In this document: one piece after another, positions 1 to 9,586 of the stretch
Layout of the letters: the number at the start of each line of letters is the position of its first letter
Position numbering within the stretch: position 1 is the stretch's first letter
DNA from: an uncultured Gammaproteobacteria bacterium
Lineage (GTDB): Bacteria > Patescibacteriota > Patescibacteriia > UBA9570 > XYC2-FULL-38-9
Assembly (NCBI GenBank): GCA_964344485.1
Contig: CAYFNF010000004.1
Location: 66,069-130,068 of the forward strand
Reading direction: 5' to 3'
Length of the DNA: 64,000 bases
Translations under genes and position numbers: made by a program
Notes under the pieces: generated by a model
Databases searched by the model: none
What the model saw: the letters and a program-made list of their open reading frames with translations, nothing else
What the model was told of the DNA's origin: nothing

Positions 1-603
1 GGCCGTACGGTCATGATGCAGGTCGCGTTCCGCGGCACCATCGACCGCATGGTCGAGGTCGTACGCGACCCCGGGCAGGGGTGCGAGCTGCACACCGGCC
101 TGGTCGCCGAGGTCACGGAGCACACCTTCGAGCGCTGCGTCCTGGCCGAGCACGCCAGGCAGCTGATCATGCTGTGCGAACTGGGACCGGCCGACGTGGC
201 CAAGGGCCAGCTCGAGCGAACGGTCGCGCAGCTGATCGAGCGCGCCGCCTTGCTCACGCAGAGCATGAGCAACAGCGAGCTCGGCTGGATCGTGGGCTGC
301 GTGGACGGCATGCGGTACAACCGCCAGCTCCGGATGCACCCGGCGCGCATGCAGGAGCATCGCGGCACCGAACCCGACCACATCGCGCCCGACGACTACC
401 TGCGCGGTGAGCTCACCGGTCGGCAGGTGCTGATCCAGGTCGCGAACGTGGGACTGGCCTGCGAGGCCGTGAACATCCTGCGCGACAAGCGGCCATGCCC
501 CCGACACGGCAACGTCGAGAGCAACGCGCTGCGCGGACGCGGCAGACGCAGTGGACGTCGCAGGCGTGGCGGAAGCCGTCGCGGAGGGCGACTCAACCGG
601 TAG
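1..603 (+). CDS. Hypothetical protein of GC-rich island A. It has an Arg/Gly-rich C-terminal tail (RGRGRRSGRRRRGGSRRGG). It is possibly 5'-truncated by the window edge: the frame stays open back to nt 1 and the first ATG is at 13.
   Basis: ORF track 13..603. There is no in-frame stop upstream to position 1. Composition is visibly GC-rich, unlike the adjacent rbfA/infB. Confidence 0.4.
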   Translation, partial: GRTVMMQVAFRGTIDRMVEVVRDPGQGCELHTGLVAEVTEHTFERCVLAEHARQLIMLCELGPADVAKGQLERTVAQLIERAALLTQSMSNSELGWIVGCVDGMRYNRQLRMHPARMQEHRGTEPDHIAPDDYLRGELTGRQVLIQVANVGLACEAVNILRDKRPCPRHGNVESNALRGRGRRSGRRRRGGSRRGGRLNR

Positions 604-617
604 GGAGCCAATGACAC

Positions 618-649
618 GGCTCTGTTTTTTTATATTAAAAAACAGCCCT
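618..649. terminator. Inverted-repeat hairpin (GGCTCTG ... CAGCCC around the palindrome ctgtttttttatattaaaaaacag) between convergent genes. Candidate bidirectional terminator.
   Basis: Palindrome read directly at 622..645, with T-run and A-run on either side. Confidence 0.45.
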
Positions 650-665
650 GGAGCAGAGCTGGCAT

Positions 666-1001
666 TTACTCAATAGAATCCAATGTATCACGAATATGCT
701 GCGCCTTGATCTCTGCTTGGTCAAAAGAAAAATGCAGCCGCGGGGTGAATTTCAGTTTCACGCGCTCTCCCAGCTCCTTCTGTATATGCCCATGCGTGCC
801 CTGCAAAAACTGAATAGTAGAGGAGCGTTTTCCATCAGGCAGCACAGTGATATATACAGTTGCATGCTTTAAATCACGCGTGGTATCAACGTGTGTAATA
901 GTCACAAAAACATCAAGCGGGAGGTCAATCTCCCGCGAAATAATCTCACTAATTGTTTCGCGAAGCATTTCGTTCACTTTACGCATCCGCTCTCCCGCCA
1001 T
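666..1001 (-). CDS. rbfA: Ribosome-binding factor A
   Basis: 111 aa, an RbfA-like sequence, located immediately downstream of infB (conserved infB-rbfA linkage). Confidence 0.85.
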   Translation of the reverse strand: MAGERMRKVNEMLRETISEIISREIDLPLDVFVTITHVDTTRDLKHATVYITVLPDGKRSSTIQFLQGTHGHIQKELGERVKLKFTPRLHFSFDQAEIKAQHIRDTLDSIE

Positions 1002-1007
1002 AGCACG

Positions 1008-2996
1008 TTACTCCAACGATCTTTTTACTTCCGTTGCTTCGTGCGCTTCTATAATATCCCCTTCAATAATATCAACATCTCCTTCTACGCGTAACCCGCA
1101 CTCAGTGCCTTTACCAGCCTCTGCAACGTTTTTCTTCTCTTTTTGCAGCTGTGCAATCAAGCCTTCTCCAATCATCTTTCCTTTGCGCACAATTTTTACC
1201 GGCGCTTTATTCTTCAGCGTTCCATCTTCTACACGGCCACCAAGTATCACACTCTTCTGTCCTTTCTTAAATACCGCAAGCACCTTTAATGATCCGGTCT
1301 TTTCATAAACTGTTTCAGCCTCTAGCAACTCCCCGAGTTGTTCTTTTACAAAATCTATCAACTGATAGATGATATCAAACGTCTCTACAGGGACATTCTC
1401 GTCTTTTGCATACTTTTCTGCGCCTGGAGTCATGCCTGCATGAAATCCAAGTACATACGCATGTGACGCTTGCGCTAGCTGCACGTCGTTCTCTGTAATA
1501 TTCCCCAAACCTTTTTGTACAATTTCTACACTCACCTCTTTGTGCTTGATGCCATGCAATGACTGCACAATCGCTTCCAACGATCCAAGCTTGTCTGCGC
1601 GCAACACAATATTCAAGCTGTTCTTCTCTTCCTCTTCCTCATCTTCTTTCTTCTTCTTTTTCTTTGCATTCAAGAACGCAAATGAATCATACGCTTTTAC
1701 GTTTTGCTTCAATACTTTCTTATCTTTCACTACTTGTAGGATATCTCCAACTACCGGCGCTTTCTTCAAGCCCAACACCTGAGCAGGAGCAGAAGGACCA
1801 GCTTCTTTCAGTGTGTTCCCTTGCCAGTCTTTTAATGATCGAATACGACCTGGAATATTTCCGATCTGAACAATGTCACCGATACGCAGTGTGCCGTTCT
1901 GAACTAAAATCGTTGCCACGGGTCCCATGTGTTTGTCGACGTGGGACTCAATAATTGAGCCCACAGTGTTTCCGTCCGGATTCGCAGTGATAGTCTCTTG
2001 CTCCATATCTGCAACTAATAGAATTGTGTCTAATAGATCATCAATGTTCTCACCTTGCTTTGCACTAATTGGTACACAAATGGTTTTTCCGCCGTAATCT
2101 TCAGGGTTTAAGTTCAGCTCCGAAAGCTCTTTCTTCACTCGTTCTATGTCTGCGTCCGGTTTATCAATTTTATTAATCGCAACAACAAACGGAATCTCTG
2201 CTTCTTCTATAATATGAATAGCTTCAACTGTTTGTGGTTTGATACCGTCATCAGCCGCAATAACGAGAATGGCAATATCAGCAACACGCGCACCACGAGA
2301 ACGCATGGTTGTGAACGCTTCATGGCCAGGGGTGTCAATAAATGTAACAGTTTTCCCTTTCTTTTCTACTTGATACGCGCCAATGTGTTGAGTAATACCA
2401 CCAGACTCTTCATCCACTACATTCGTCGCACGAACTGCATCCAGCAACTTGGTCTTTCCATGATCCACATGACCCATCACTACCACCACTGGGGGGCGGG
2501 GCTTTAATTCATTCTTTTTTTCTGACTCTAACGTCTTTGCTACTAGTGCAGAACGCTCTTCTGGATCGTCGATTTCTGCGCCTTCCAATGAAAGCTCGGG
2601 CGTAAACCCGAGGTCTTCTGCGATGATCGCTGCGGTTTCATAATCCAGCGTTTCATTGATAGTTGCCATAATACCGTTCTGCATCAAGATCGCAATCATG
2701 TCAGCAGGGCGCTTCTCAAGCTGTTCCGCAAAATCTTTTACAGAGATTTTATCCGGAAGCTTGATAGCTTCGCCACCACTTTTCTTTTGTTCAACCTCTT
2801 CTACTTCTTCTGTAGCAAAGATGCTTTTCTTGCTCTCTTTCTTCCGCTTTTCTTTGATTGCGCTGATGATCTTGACTGCTTGTGAGTCATCAATTTTAAT
2901 TGCACGTTCTCCAATATCAAATCCGAGCTCATGCACAGTTGCAAAGAACTCATCCTTGGTCATCTTTAGTTCGCGGTACATTTCTGTAACATTCAT
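1008..2996 (-). CDS. infB: Translation initiation factor IF-2
   Basis: 662 aa. G-domain P-loop [17 protein letters not shown] and NKID motifs. [14 protein letters not shown] low-complexity insert. Confidence 0.95.
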   Translation of the reverse strand: MNVTEMYRELKMTKDEFFATVHELGFDIGERAIKIDDSQAVKIISAIKEKRKKESKKSIFATEEVEEVEQKKSGGEAIKLPDKISVKDFAEQLEKRPADMIAILMQNGIMATINETLDYETAAIIAEDLGFTPELSLEGAEIDDPEERSALVAKTLESEKKNELKPRPPVVVVMGHVDHGKTKLLDAVRATNVVDEESGGITQHIGAYQVEKKGKTVTFIDTPGHEAFTTMRSRGARVADIAILVIAADDGIKPQTVEAIHIIEEAEIPFVVAINKIDKPDADIERVKKELSELNLNPEDYGGKTICVPISAKQGENIDDLLDTILLVADMEQETITANPDGNTVGSIIESHVDKHMGPVATILVQNGTLRIGDIVQIGNIPGRIRSLKDWQGNTLKEAGPSAPAQVLGLKKAPVVGDILQVVKDKKVLKQNVKAYDSFAFLNAKKKKKKEDEEEEEKNSLNIVLRADKLGSLEAIVQSLHGIKHKEVSVEIVQKGLGNITENDVQLAQASHAYVLGFHAGMTPGAEKYAKDENVPVETFDIIYQLIDFVKEQLGELLEAETVYEKTGSLKVLAVFKKGQKSVILGGRVEDGTLKNKAPVKIVRKGKMIGEGLIAQLQKEKKNVAEAGKGTECGLRVEGDVDIIEGDIIEAHEATEVKRSLE

Positions 2997-3089
2997 AGCG
3001 TGCTGAGAATATAATGTTTTCGTGCTTTTGTCAATGCGTTCATATATAAAAACCGCCCGGACAATGCCAGGCGGTCGTGTAACGGAACG

Positions 3090-4340
3090 CTACTTTTTCT
3101 TCTTCTTGGTTTTGAACTTGATCATCTTGCTCCACTCCCCGCACACTCCGTCTTCACATGCAGTCAGCTGTACTGCATATTTTTTTCCGCGTTCAAGATA
3201 CTTGCTTCCAAGACGTAACCCAGCTTTCTTCTTCACATTCTTAAAGATCTTGATCTTTTTAAACTTCTTGGTTTTTTTATTGTACTTCAACAGCTTCACA
3301 CGGTACTTCGTGCCCGCAGAATACTCCTTTACTGCTTTCTTGAACTTGATAATAACTGGCCACTTTTTCTTATTTACCTTCTTTACCTTCTTTTTCTTTA
3401 TCTTATCTAGTTGACCTGGACTTGTTTCCGCGGCAACTAGCGTGAAACTTTCTGAAGCGATAGTATCCACTCCTGGAGCAAGAGTAATGGATGTCATGAC
3501 AAAGAGCCAATCACCTGCAAAAGGATTCTTTACATTAGTTAATGTAAAAGGAATATCCGCACCAGGTTTGAGCTCTTGCCCAAGCGTAATTTTCCCTACA
3601 GCAGATGCGTCACCAACTGCTTCGAGTGTTGCAGTGAAATCTGCTACAAGCTCTGCTTCAGACAAGACAGCAGTTGACTCACCAGGAGCGATCTGTTGTC
3701 CTCCCCAGAAGAAGTAGATCTCTTCTCCAGAAGACAGCGTTGCGTTTTCTTTTACTTGAAATGTCACGTCGTACGTTGTTGCTGCTCCTGCAAGATCAGA
3801 CTCCGGCGCTGCAGTAACCGCAGAGATATTATTCACTTCTGCTGCTGGCTGACCGATAGTGAATTTAAATGGAGTAAACGCAGCATTGCCAAGACCTTGG
3901 GTGGTAATGACACAGTTATAATTTCCTTCAGTTGCTGGGTTTGTTATTCCGGAAAGGTCAAACTCGTGTGACCCAGCCCCAACACCAGTTGGAAAGCTAA
4001 TCTGAAAATTAGAATTTCCATTTGAAATGTCGGAATATACTGCATCCGGAGAGAGAGTTTTAAGCGTGAGCGTCGCAGAGGACAAGTCGAACGCTGTCGT
4101 TGCCTGGTGGTCGCTATCTAGCAAAGCAACTTGAATATTGCTGCCTGCTTTGAGTTTATTTTCTAAGGTTACAGCAAATGAATAGGTCGCTTCAACACTA
4201 GGCATAGGGTCGCTTAGCTCTAATGTGAAAGCGCTGATGTTTTCATCTGGCGCTGGTGGTCCTGCCAATACAGGACTCACGACCAGGAGCGCACAGCATC
4301 CAAGAATGGACGCGATGCACCAGTGACGAAGTTTCTTCAT
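3090..4340 (-). CDS. Secreted protein with an N-terminal signal peptide and an extremely Lys-rich, FN3-like C-terminal domain (roughly the last 110 aa).
   Basis: Signal peptide MKKLRHWCIASILGCCALLVVSPVLAG. The C-terminus (KKKKVKKVNKKKW ... GTKYRVKLL ... CGEWSKMIKFKTKKKKK) is paralogous to the C-terminus of 52264..53586. Confidence 0.6.
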   Translation of the reverse strand: MKKLRHWCIASILGCCALLVVSPVLAGPPAPDENISAFTLELSDPMPSVEATYSFAVTLENKLKAGSNIQVALLDSDHQATTAFDLSSATLTLKTLSPDAVYSDISNGNSNFQISFPTGVGAGSHEFDLSGITNPATEGNYNCVITTQGLGNAAFTPFKFTIGQPAAEVNNISAVTAAPESDLAGAATTYDVTFQVKENATLSSGEEIYFFWGGQQIAPGESTAVLSEAELVADFTATLEAVGDASAVGKITLGQELKPGADIPFTLTNVKNPFAGDWLFVMTSITLAPGVDTIASESFTLVAAETSPGQLDKIKKKKVKKVNKKKWPVIIKFKKAVKEYSAGTKYRVKLLKYNKKTKKFKKIKIFKNVKKKAGLRLGSKYLERGKKYAVQLTACEDGVCGEWSKMIKFKTKKKKK

Positions 4341-4447
4341 AGTTGTTTTTTATTATATATAAAATGACAATAGGCATTGTATCATTTTTTCTCTCTTTTT
4401 TCAAGACTAAAAAAAAGCGGCTCGCCGCCGCTCCCAGGAAAAAAATT

Positions 4448-5245
4448 CTATAACTCTTCAGGTTCTGTAGAATCAAGCAACTGACGATCTTTACCTACAA
4501 TAACTTTTTGCATTTCAGGACGGACCTCTACCTCACACGGCGTATTGAACTGCAGCACATTGTCAGCAGTGAGATGTACAGTATCTTCAGTAGTTGAAGA
4601 GATATGTATAGACTCTACAGGAAAGACGCTTTCAAGAGACTGTTTTGCACTGCGGCGCTTGAGCAAGCCAGAGGACACTGCAGGAGAGATCACCACATCT
4701 ATCTTGCCGTCAGTCACCCGTGAGAAACGCACTGACTCTCCGCCGAGAATATCTCCCCAGTTCAGGATTCGTAGTATTGTTGTCTCTTCTGTAGTTTGAA
4801 TGGAGTACTTGTCATCACAGCGCAGCTTCAATTTTGATGGTTCAGGCACAGACATGGAACCGAGAAAGTACGAATCATTGCAACAGCCTAAGTCGACAGT
4901 TTCGCACAAGCGCTTAGAAAGAACGTTGCATGCTTCCTCAGCTTCAGGAATGCCCAGCACTTCAGCAAAGCGCGAACCAGAGACCAGCGGAATGTACCCA
5001 AGAGTGACGTCATGCGTCGCTACAATATTCACCACAGAGGCAAAGGTAGTGTCGTCACCAACTGCAACAACCGTATGAGCTCCTTTCTTGATTGCATCTT
5101 CAATCAGCTCTTGGGCATTCTTAAACATCGAGAGCTTCTCCACTCGTCCGTTGATGCCAAGATCAATCAAGCGCGTCTCAATCTTTGTGAGTGTTGCTTC
5201 AAATTTCGGATCCTGCGTGAACTTATCGTAGAAATAAAAATACAT
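4448..5245 (-). CDS. Diacylglycerol/lipid kinase catalytic-domain protein (YegS/BmrU-like).
   Basis: N-terminal ...AIKKGAHTVVAVGDDTTFASVVN resembles the DAGK_cat GGDGT region. The family assignment is made from memory. Confidence 0.5.
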   Translation of the reverse strand: MYFYFYDKFTQDPKFEATLTKIETRLIDLGINGRVEKLSMFKNAQELIEDAIKKGAHTVVAVGDDTTFASVVNIVATHDVTLGYIPLVSGSRFAEVLGIPEAEEACNVLSKRLCETVDLGCCNDSYFLGSMSVPEPSKLKLRCDDKYSIQTTEETTILRILNWGDILGGESVRFSRVTDGKIDVVISPAVSSGLLKRRSAKQSLESVFPVESIHISSTTEDTVHLTADNVLQFNTPCEVEVRPEMQKVIVGKDRQLLDSTEPEEL

Positions 5246-5267
5246 GTGCCTCTACTTGAGTCGCTTT

Positions 5268-5696
5268 CTAATCGTCAGAGAGGTCGTCGGTGCTTGTGTT
5301 TTCTTCCCCCTCGGTTGATGTTGATGTTCCAGTAGAGCATCGTCCTTGGACTACTGCTCCGGTTTGTACAGAGATGATCTGTGTCTCGATGTCTCCGTGT
5401 ATGCGTGCAGAGCTCATGAGCTCGACAGTACCAGATGCATGAATGTTGCCTCGCACCTCTCCAGAGATGTGCATGTTTACAGCAGTCACGTCTGCTTCGA
5501 TTTTTGCATCTGTTCCTACGGTGAGGTCTTTTGAGGTTTTAATTGTGCCGACAACTTGTCCCTCAATTTGGATGTTGTCATCACTTTCGAACGTACCTTC
5601 GACTTTCACTGTTGGACCGATGATGGTCTCAGCATTCTGTACAGGTCCTCGGGGTGATACCTCTCCCCCTTCTTCTTTTGTAAACATTGGTGTCAT
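5268..5696 (-). CDS. Bactofilin-family cytoskeletal protein. The start is taken at the internal Met (MTPMFTKEE).
   Basis: Repetitive beta-solenoid segment IIGPTVKVEGTFESDDNIQIEGQVVGTIKT ... VRGNIHASGTVEL, with an acidic tail. Confidence 0.65.
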   Translation of the reverse strand: MTPMFTKEEGGEVSPRGPVQNAETIIGPTVKVEGTFESDDNIQIEGQVVGTIKTSKDLTVGTDAKIEADVTAVNMHISGEVRGNIHASGTVELMSSARIHGDIETQIISVQTGAVVQGRCSTGTSTSTEGEENTSTDDLSDD

Positions 5697-5880
5697 ACGT
5701 TGATAATACGTTATATAATAATGTATAGTGCAACGTCTAGAGTATCCAATGACCATGGCATTGTCAAAGGATAACTTGTGTACGGTGTATGAAGCGCTAC
5801 GGTTGTCAATTATATAAAAATACTATGTAATAGAAGAGCTGCGATAGAGCAGCAGAGAGAAAAATATAAAAAATTGATCT

Positions 5881-6051
5881 ATGACAGAACAACTAGCAAA
5901 AAATGTTCAGCTGCGGAAGGACCTTTTGATCATATTGGTTCTAGCGATTATTATGCTCGCAACGCTCGGAGTGCTGTGGTACTTAGATTCAACACAGCAG
6001 ATCATTACTACATGGTCTCATCAATTCTATCAGTTGTTATTACAGGTGTAA
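5881..6051 (+). CDS. Small single-TM membrane protein, 56 aa (MTEQLAKNVQLRKDLLIILVLAIIMLATLGVLWYL...). Not in the ORF track because it is under 60 aa.
   Basis: ATG at 5881, TAA at 6049..6051, hydrophobic core. A TTGTCA-17-TGTAAT promoter-like motif lies at about 5805..5833. Confidence 0.3.
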   Translation: MTEQLAKNVQLRKDLLIILVLAIIMLATLGVLWYLDSTQQIITTWSHQFYQLLLQV

Positions 6052-6092
6052 TATTTTACGACACATATTTTAGGCTAATATTAGCCTAATAT

Positions 6093-6167
6093 GCCCCTGT
6101 AGTTCAACGGATAGAACAAGACACTCCTAACGTCTAGATGGAGGTTCAATTCCTTCCAGGGGCACCA
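6093..6167 (+). tRNA. tRNA-Arg(CCT), with encoded CCA.
   Basis: Manual cloverleaf: acceptor GCCCCTG/CAGGGGC, anticodon loop CTCCTAA, T-loop TTCAATT, CCA at 6165..6167. Confidence 0.75.
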
Positions 6168-6303
6168 GAGATTTAAAATGGGCGAATTGCTTGCAGTTCG
6201 CTTCAAGCTCCTTCGCCATAGGCTTGCTATGGCTCAGTGCGCTTTTGCTCCACTGCTGCGCACTTCACTCCATTTTAGATCTCTGGAAAATCTGAGCACA
6301 CGA

Positions 6304-6377
6304 GGGCCATTAGCTCAGTTGGCTAGAGCGCTACATTCGCATTGTAGAGGTCGCCGGTTCAAATCCGGCATGGTCCA
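6304..6377 (+). tRNA. tRNA-Ala(CGC)
   Basis: Acceptor GGGCCAT/ATGGTCC with a G3:U70 pair, anticodon loop TTCGCAT, T-loop TTCAAAT. CCA is not encoded. Confidence 0.8.
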
Positions 6378-6390
6378 CTTCAACAACACC

Positions 6391-6984
6391 ATGATAAAGA
6401 ATCTTAAACAATTGAAGCCGCTCCCCTGGCACGAGGTGTTCTCTGTATGGAAACAGACAGAGGGCAGTGACCCATCTTGGCAGCAGACTGCAACCGACGT
6501 GAAAGGCTGGGATTCATGGGAACAGTGGCGGACGTATAAAACAGACAAGCTGGGATTCCCTGAACGTGAGTGGGCGCTGTATGAAATTGAACGACCAATG
6601 ACGACTGTACCAGCGTTCTTGGTCGGTCCTTTTAAAACTTGGCAGCAGCTGTTTGAGAAAAAGATGAAGCAGTCGTTCAAAGACATCGCAGAACATCATA
6701 CTGCTTGGGCAGAACAAAATAAGTCTATTACATATCTTCAAGCGCATTTCCCAGAGCAAACACAGATGATCGGTATGTACTATCCAAAGATGGATGCAGT
6801 CATTGTCTTTGAAGGACATCATCGCGCTGCAGCAATTGCGCTGTCTGTGCATCAAGAATCTATGATAGAATTCAGTAGTAATCCAATGATAGCGCTGACA
6901 ACCATAGACACAGCAGACTACGAGATGTTGAAAGAGCTAGCAACTCAATCATCAAAAAAAGAGGATGTTATTACGGGCGGTTAG
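6391..6984 (+). CDS. Hypothetical Trp-rich protein. The ORF-track start at 6178 runs through tRNA-Ala, so it is taken as an artifact and the start is called at the ATG at 6391.
   Basis: ORF 6178..6984. The stop TAG at 6982..6984 overlaps the 5' end of the tRNA-Val copy. Confidence 0.45.
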   Translation: MIKNLKQLKPLPWHEVFSVWKQTEGSDPSWQQTATDVKGWDSWEQWRTYKTDKLGFPEREWALYEIERPMTTVPAFLVGPFKTWQQLFEKKMKQSFKDIAEHHTAWAEQNKSITYLQAHFPEQTQMIGMYYPKMDAVIVFEGHHRAAAIALSVHQESMIEFSSNPMIALTTIDTADYEMLKELATQSSKKEDVITGG

Positions 6985-7138
6985 CTCAGTTGGTTAGAGC
7001 GCACGATTCACATTCGTGAGGTCACTGGTTCGGTCCGAGTATCGTCCACCCGAGAATTAAATAAATCATATGCAAGGTAAAGAGTTCCCAGGATCAGCAG
7101 CAGGAATGATTCTGCTTAATGGTACTAATGAGGTTTTT
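6929..7138 (+). repeat. Copy 1 of a roughly 210 bp direct repeat. It comprises the 3' end of the upstream gene, tRNA-Val(CAC), and the 5' start of the NUDIX gene.
   Basis: Read directly. It is near-identical to 8478..8683 except for a few substitutions and one small indel. Confidence 0.8.
6975..7048 (+). tRNA. tRNA-Val(CAC) copy 1, degenerate. T-loop TTCGGTC has lost A58, the T-stem has a mismatch, and the acceptor has two G-U pairs. Probable pseudo-tRNA.
   Basis: Aligned by eye to the intact copy at 8520..8593. Confidence 0.55.
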
Positions 7139-7156
7139 CTATACAACTGTCGCTAA
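7070..7156 (+). pseudogene. Truncated 5' fragment of the NUDIX hydrolase gene (MQGKEFPGSAAGMILLNGTNEVFLYNCR*), duplicated along with tRNA-Val.
   Basis: The first roughly 22 codons match the start of 8615..9043, then it diverges and hits a stop. Confidence 0.6.
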
Positions 7157-7185
7157 AATATACCGCTTTGAATTATAAATAGTTT

Positions 7186-8451
7186 ATGAAAGATGAAATC
7201 AAGCAAGATTATAAAATAGCAATCGACAAATACTTTTATGATTGTAAAAAAGAGATCTTGTCACAATTGAGATATGCAAAAAACAATGTCCCATATTACA
7301 AAGAGCTTCTTGCTCAAACTCGTATTGATGCCATTAAAACATATGATGATTTTTCAAAGGCGGTTCCTGTGCTAAATTCAGATACAGTTGCAGAGAAGCC
7401 ATTGGAAATGATTGGAGATGGTGCGCACATAGTATTTAAACGCACAAGTTCGTCCGCTTCTGGGAAGAGTAAGGAAATTTTTTTAACAAAGTCGGATATA
7501 GAGAGCTGGACGGAAAATGGAAGATTATCCATAACGCCGTATTTTAAAAGTGGAATGACTGTCACTCATTCATATAGAGAGGAAGAGTATTATTTATCAG
7601 GGCTTGATGACGCTGTGCTGTATTCGGCTGGCAAGATAACAACATTCAGAGCTGATGATATCAAAGATATTTATAGAAAAGTTACAAAAGCAGATATTTT
7701 GTTGGATTACTCTGAAATGATTTATTATATATCTGAACAAATAAAGAAGTATTCAGCTCAAAATGAATTGAACCAAGAGCGTAGTTTGGTTGTGTCCTAT
7801 ACAGGCGAATATTTAGATGACGAAGATATACAAAAAATTATAGATAATTTTGCGGAAGCAAATATTTCAGTGGAAGTATATAGCGAGTACTCTTTATCAG
7901 AGGTGGGGCCAGTTGCATGCAGTAGTAGCACAGAAAAAAATATTTTTAAACCAATTTATACCGAGGTTTGTTTTGTAGAAATTGTAAATGATGAAGGAAA
8001 GCCATCGAAAGATGGTGAAATTGTAATTACGGTGTTAAATAGAGAGGGCACGAATCTTATCAGATATACTTCAGGAGATTTAGGAGAAATAGTACTAAGA
8101 AATGGTGTGCCAAATATCTGGCTCAAGGGCAGAAAAGGGGGTATTAAAATTGCTAGTTTATTTATTCATCCACAACATATAGTATCAATTATTAGAAAAA
8201 AGGTTGGTGCAGATTTTTTCTGCTACATTGTTGCAGAAAAGCAGAAATATTTTTGTAAAATTGACATCAAGATTATCACACCAAGCAGGATTGATAATGT
8301 TGGCATAAAAGATTTTTTGCTAAAAGAATTAGGGTATATAGACGATATAAAGAAGACAATGGATATGGATGTTACAATAGAACAACGAAAGCTTACGAAT
8401 GTGGAGCTTCGCAAGGCTTTCTCATTTGTTGTAAATGGAGAATGGCTTTAA
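7186..8451 (+). CDS. PaaK/CapK/coenzyme-F390-synthetase-like adenylate-forming enzyme, located between the two repeat copies.
   Basis: 421 aa. TSSSASGKSKEIFLTKSD matches the (S/T)SG(T/S)TGxPK adenylation motif. RYTSGDLGE matches YRTGD. It is notably AT-rich. Confidence 0.5.
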   Translation: MKDEIKQDYKIAIDKYFYDCKKEILSQLRYAKNNVPYYKELLAQTRIDAIKTYDDFSKAVPVLNSDTVAEKPLEMIGDGAHIVFKRTSSSASGKSKEIFLTKSDIESWTENGRLSITPYFKSGMTVTHSYREEEYYLSGLDDAVLYSAGKITTFRADDIKDIYRKVTKADILLDYSEMIYYISEQIKKYSAQNELNQERSLVVSYTGEYLDDEDIQKIIDNFAEANISVEVYSEYSLSEVGPVACSSSTEKNIFKPIYTEVCFVEIVNDEGKPSKDGEIVITVLNREGTNLIRYTSGDLGEIVLRNGVPNIWLKGRKGGIKIASLFIHPQHIVSIIRKKVGADFFCYIVAEKQKYFCKIDIKIITPSRIDNVGIKDFLLKELGYIDDIKKTMDMDVTIEQRKLTNVELRKAFSFVVNGEWL

Positions 8452-8477
8452 AACCTAACTAATATAATAAGCATGAG

Positions 8478-8683
8478 TGAAAGAGCTAGCAACTCGATCA
8501 TTAAAAAAGATGTTATTACGGGCGGTTAGCTCAGTTGGTTAGAGCGTACGATTCACATTCGTGAGGTCACTGGTTCGATTCCAGTATCGCCCACCCGAGA
8601 ATTAAATCGAACATATGCAAGGTAAAGAGTTCCCAGGATCAGCAGCAGGCATGATTCTGCTTAATGATACTAATGAGATTTTT
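8478..8683 (+). repeat. Copy 2 of the roughly 210 bp direct repeat, with an intact tRNA-Val and an intact NUDIX start.
   Basis: Read directly. The upstream part retains the last codons (..KKDVITGG*) of the gene that ends at 6984. Confidence 0.8.
8520..8593 (+). tRNA. tRNA-Val(CAC), intact.
   Basis: Acceptor GGGCGGT/ATCGCCC, anticodon loop TTCACAT, T-arm ACTGG-TTCGATT-CCAGT. Confidence 0.85.
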
Positions 8684-9043
8684 TTAATGAGGCGTTCATC
8701 TAATACCAGGAATGACCATAATATGTGGAGTATTCCAGGAGGTCGTGTAGAGATGAATGAGAAAGTCGAGGACGCTGCAAAGCGCGAAACGCTAGAAGAA
8801 TGCGGTGTGACCGTTGAAGAGGTACAGCACCTTGGATTCGTGGATCATATATTGAATGAGTATAGTCAGCACTGGATTCCGCAGATTTTCCTAGCGACCA
8901 AATGGACAGGAGATCCCATGAACTGCGAAAAAGACAAGTGTGAAGAAGTAGGATGGTATGCACTGGATCATTTACCAGAGGATCGCTCTCAAGTGGTGAC
9001 AGATGCAGTGCAGTTGCTACAATGTTCCATAGAGAACAAGTAA
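8615..9043 (+). CDS. NUDIX hydrolase
   Basis: Nudix box GGRVEMNEKVEDAAKRETLEECGV. Confidence 0.8.
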   Translation: MQGKEFPGSAAGMILLNDTNEIFLMRRSSNTRNDHNMWSIPGGRVEMNEKVEDAAKRETLEECGVTVEEVQHLGFVDHILNEYSQHWIPQIFLATKWTGDPMNCEKDKCEEVGWYALDHLPEDRSQVVTDAVQLLQCSIENK

Positions 9044-9053
9044 GAATGTACAT

Positions 9054-9542
9054 ATGTCTGACCCAAGTTTTCAAGCGCTTGTTACTTCACTAGCAAAGAA
9101 GAAAAAGCGCGCTATATTAATTACTGGTATATCTTCCATTGTAGTTGGTGTTGCTGTTCTTTATATACGAAGCATTATTACTGTTGAAGGGGAATCGACT
9201 GGGTATTTACTACTAGGAATTGTTTTTTGTGTTATGGGAGTTCTTTCTTTCTTATCCTCGTTTCGCAGTGATCCGTTTGTGCATGCAGCATTAAAGGAGC
9301 CGAGTAAAATTGCATGGGCGTATACTGAGAAAGTAAGCGACGGCGAAGGAGGGCAAAAAAGGGACAAATTACGCGTTGTTATTCGCTATACAAATAAGAA
9401 AAAGTCGTATTTTGAGTTAAAAACCACTAAAGCTGAAGAGTTATACCAGGGGCTTCAAAAAAATGTTCCGCATGCGACATTTGGATATAGCAAGGAAATC
9501 AGGAAAAAGTATAAGCAAGACCCAAGCTCATTAATTCAATAA
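9054..9542 (+). CDS. Hypothetical membrane protein with two TM helices.
   Basis: 162 aa with hydrophobic segments IVVGVAVLYI / LLLGIVFCVMGVLSFL. Confidence 0.45.
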   Translation: MSDPSFQALVTSLAKKKKRAILITGISSIVVGVAVLYIRSIITVEGESTGYLLLGIVFCVMGVLSFLSSFRSDPFVHAALKEPSKIAWAYTEKVSDGEGGQKRDKLRVVIRYTNKKKSYFELKTTKAEELYQGLQKNVPHATFGYSKEIRKKYKQDPSSLIQ

Positions 9543-9556
9543 GGAGCACTGCGAAT

Positions 9557-9574
9557 AATGTTCCACGTGGAACA
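9557..9574. repeat. 18 bp perfect palindrome ATGTTCCACGTGGAACAT (copy 1).
   Basis: Read directly. An identical copy is at 10255..10272. Confidence 0.9.
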
Positions 9575-9586
9575 TAAGAGAGATAC

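Noticed and set aside
847-1308. ORFs 847..1308(+) and 891..1094(+), on the opposite strand to rbfA/infB.
   Set aside because: They overlap well-supported rbfA and infB genes on the other strand. They are low-complexity translations and are taken as spurious.
6178-6390. The 5' part of track ORF 6178..6984.
   Set aside because: It runs straight through tRNA-Ala(CGC) at 6304..6377. The coding region is trimmed to the first ATG after the tRNA.
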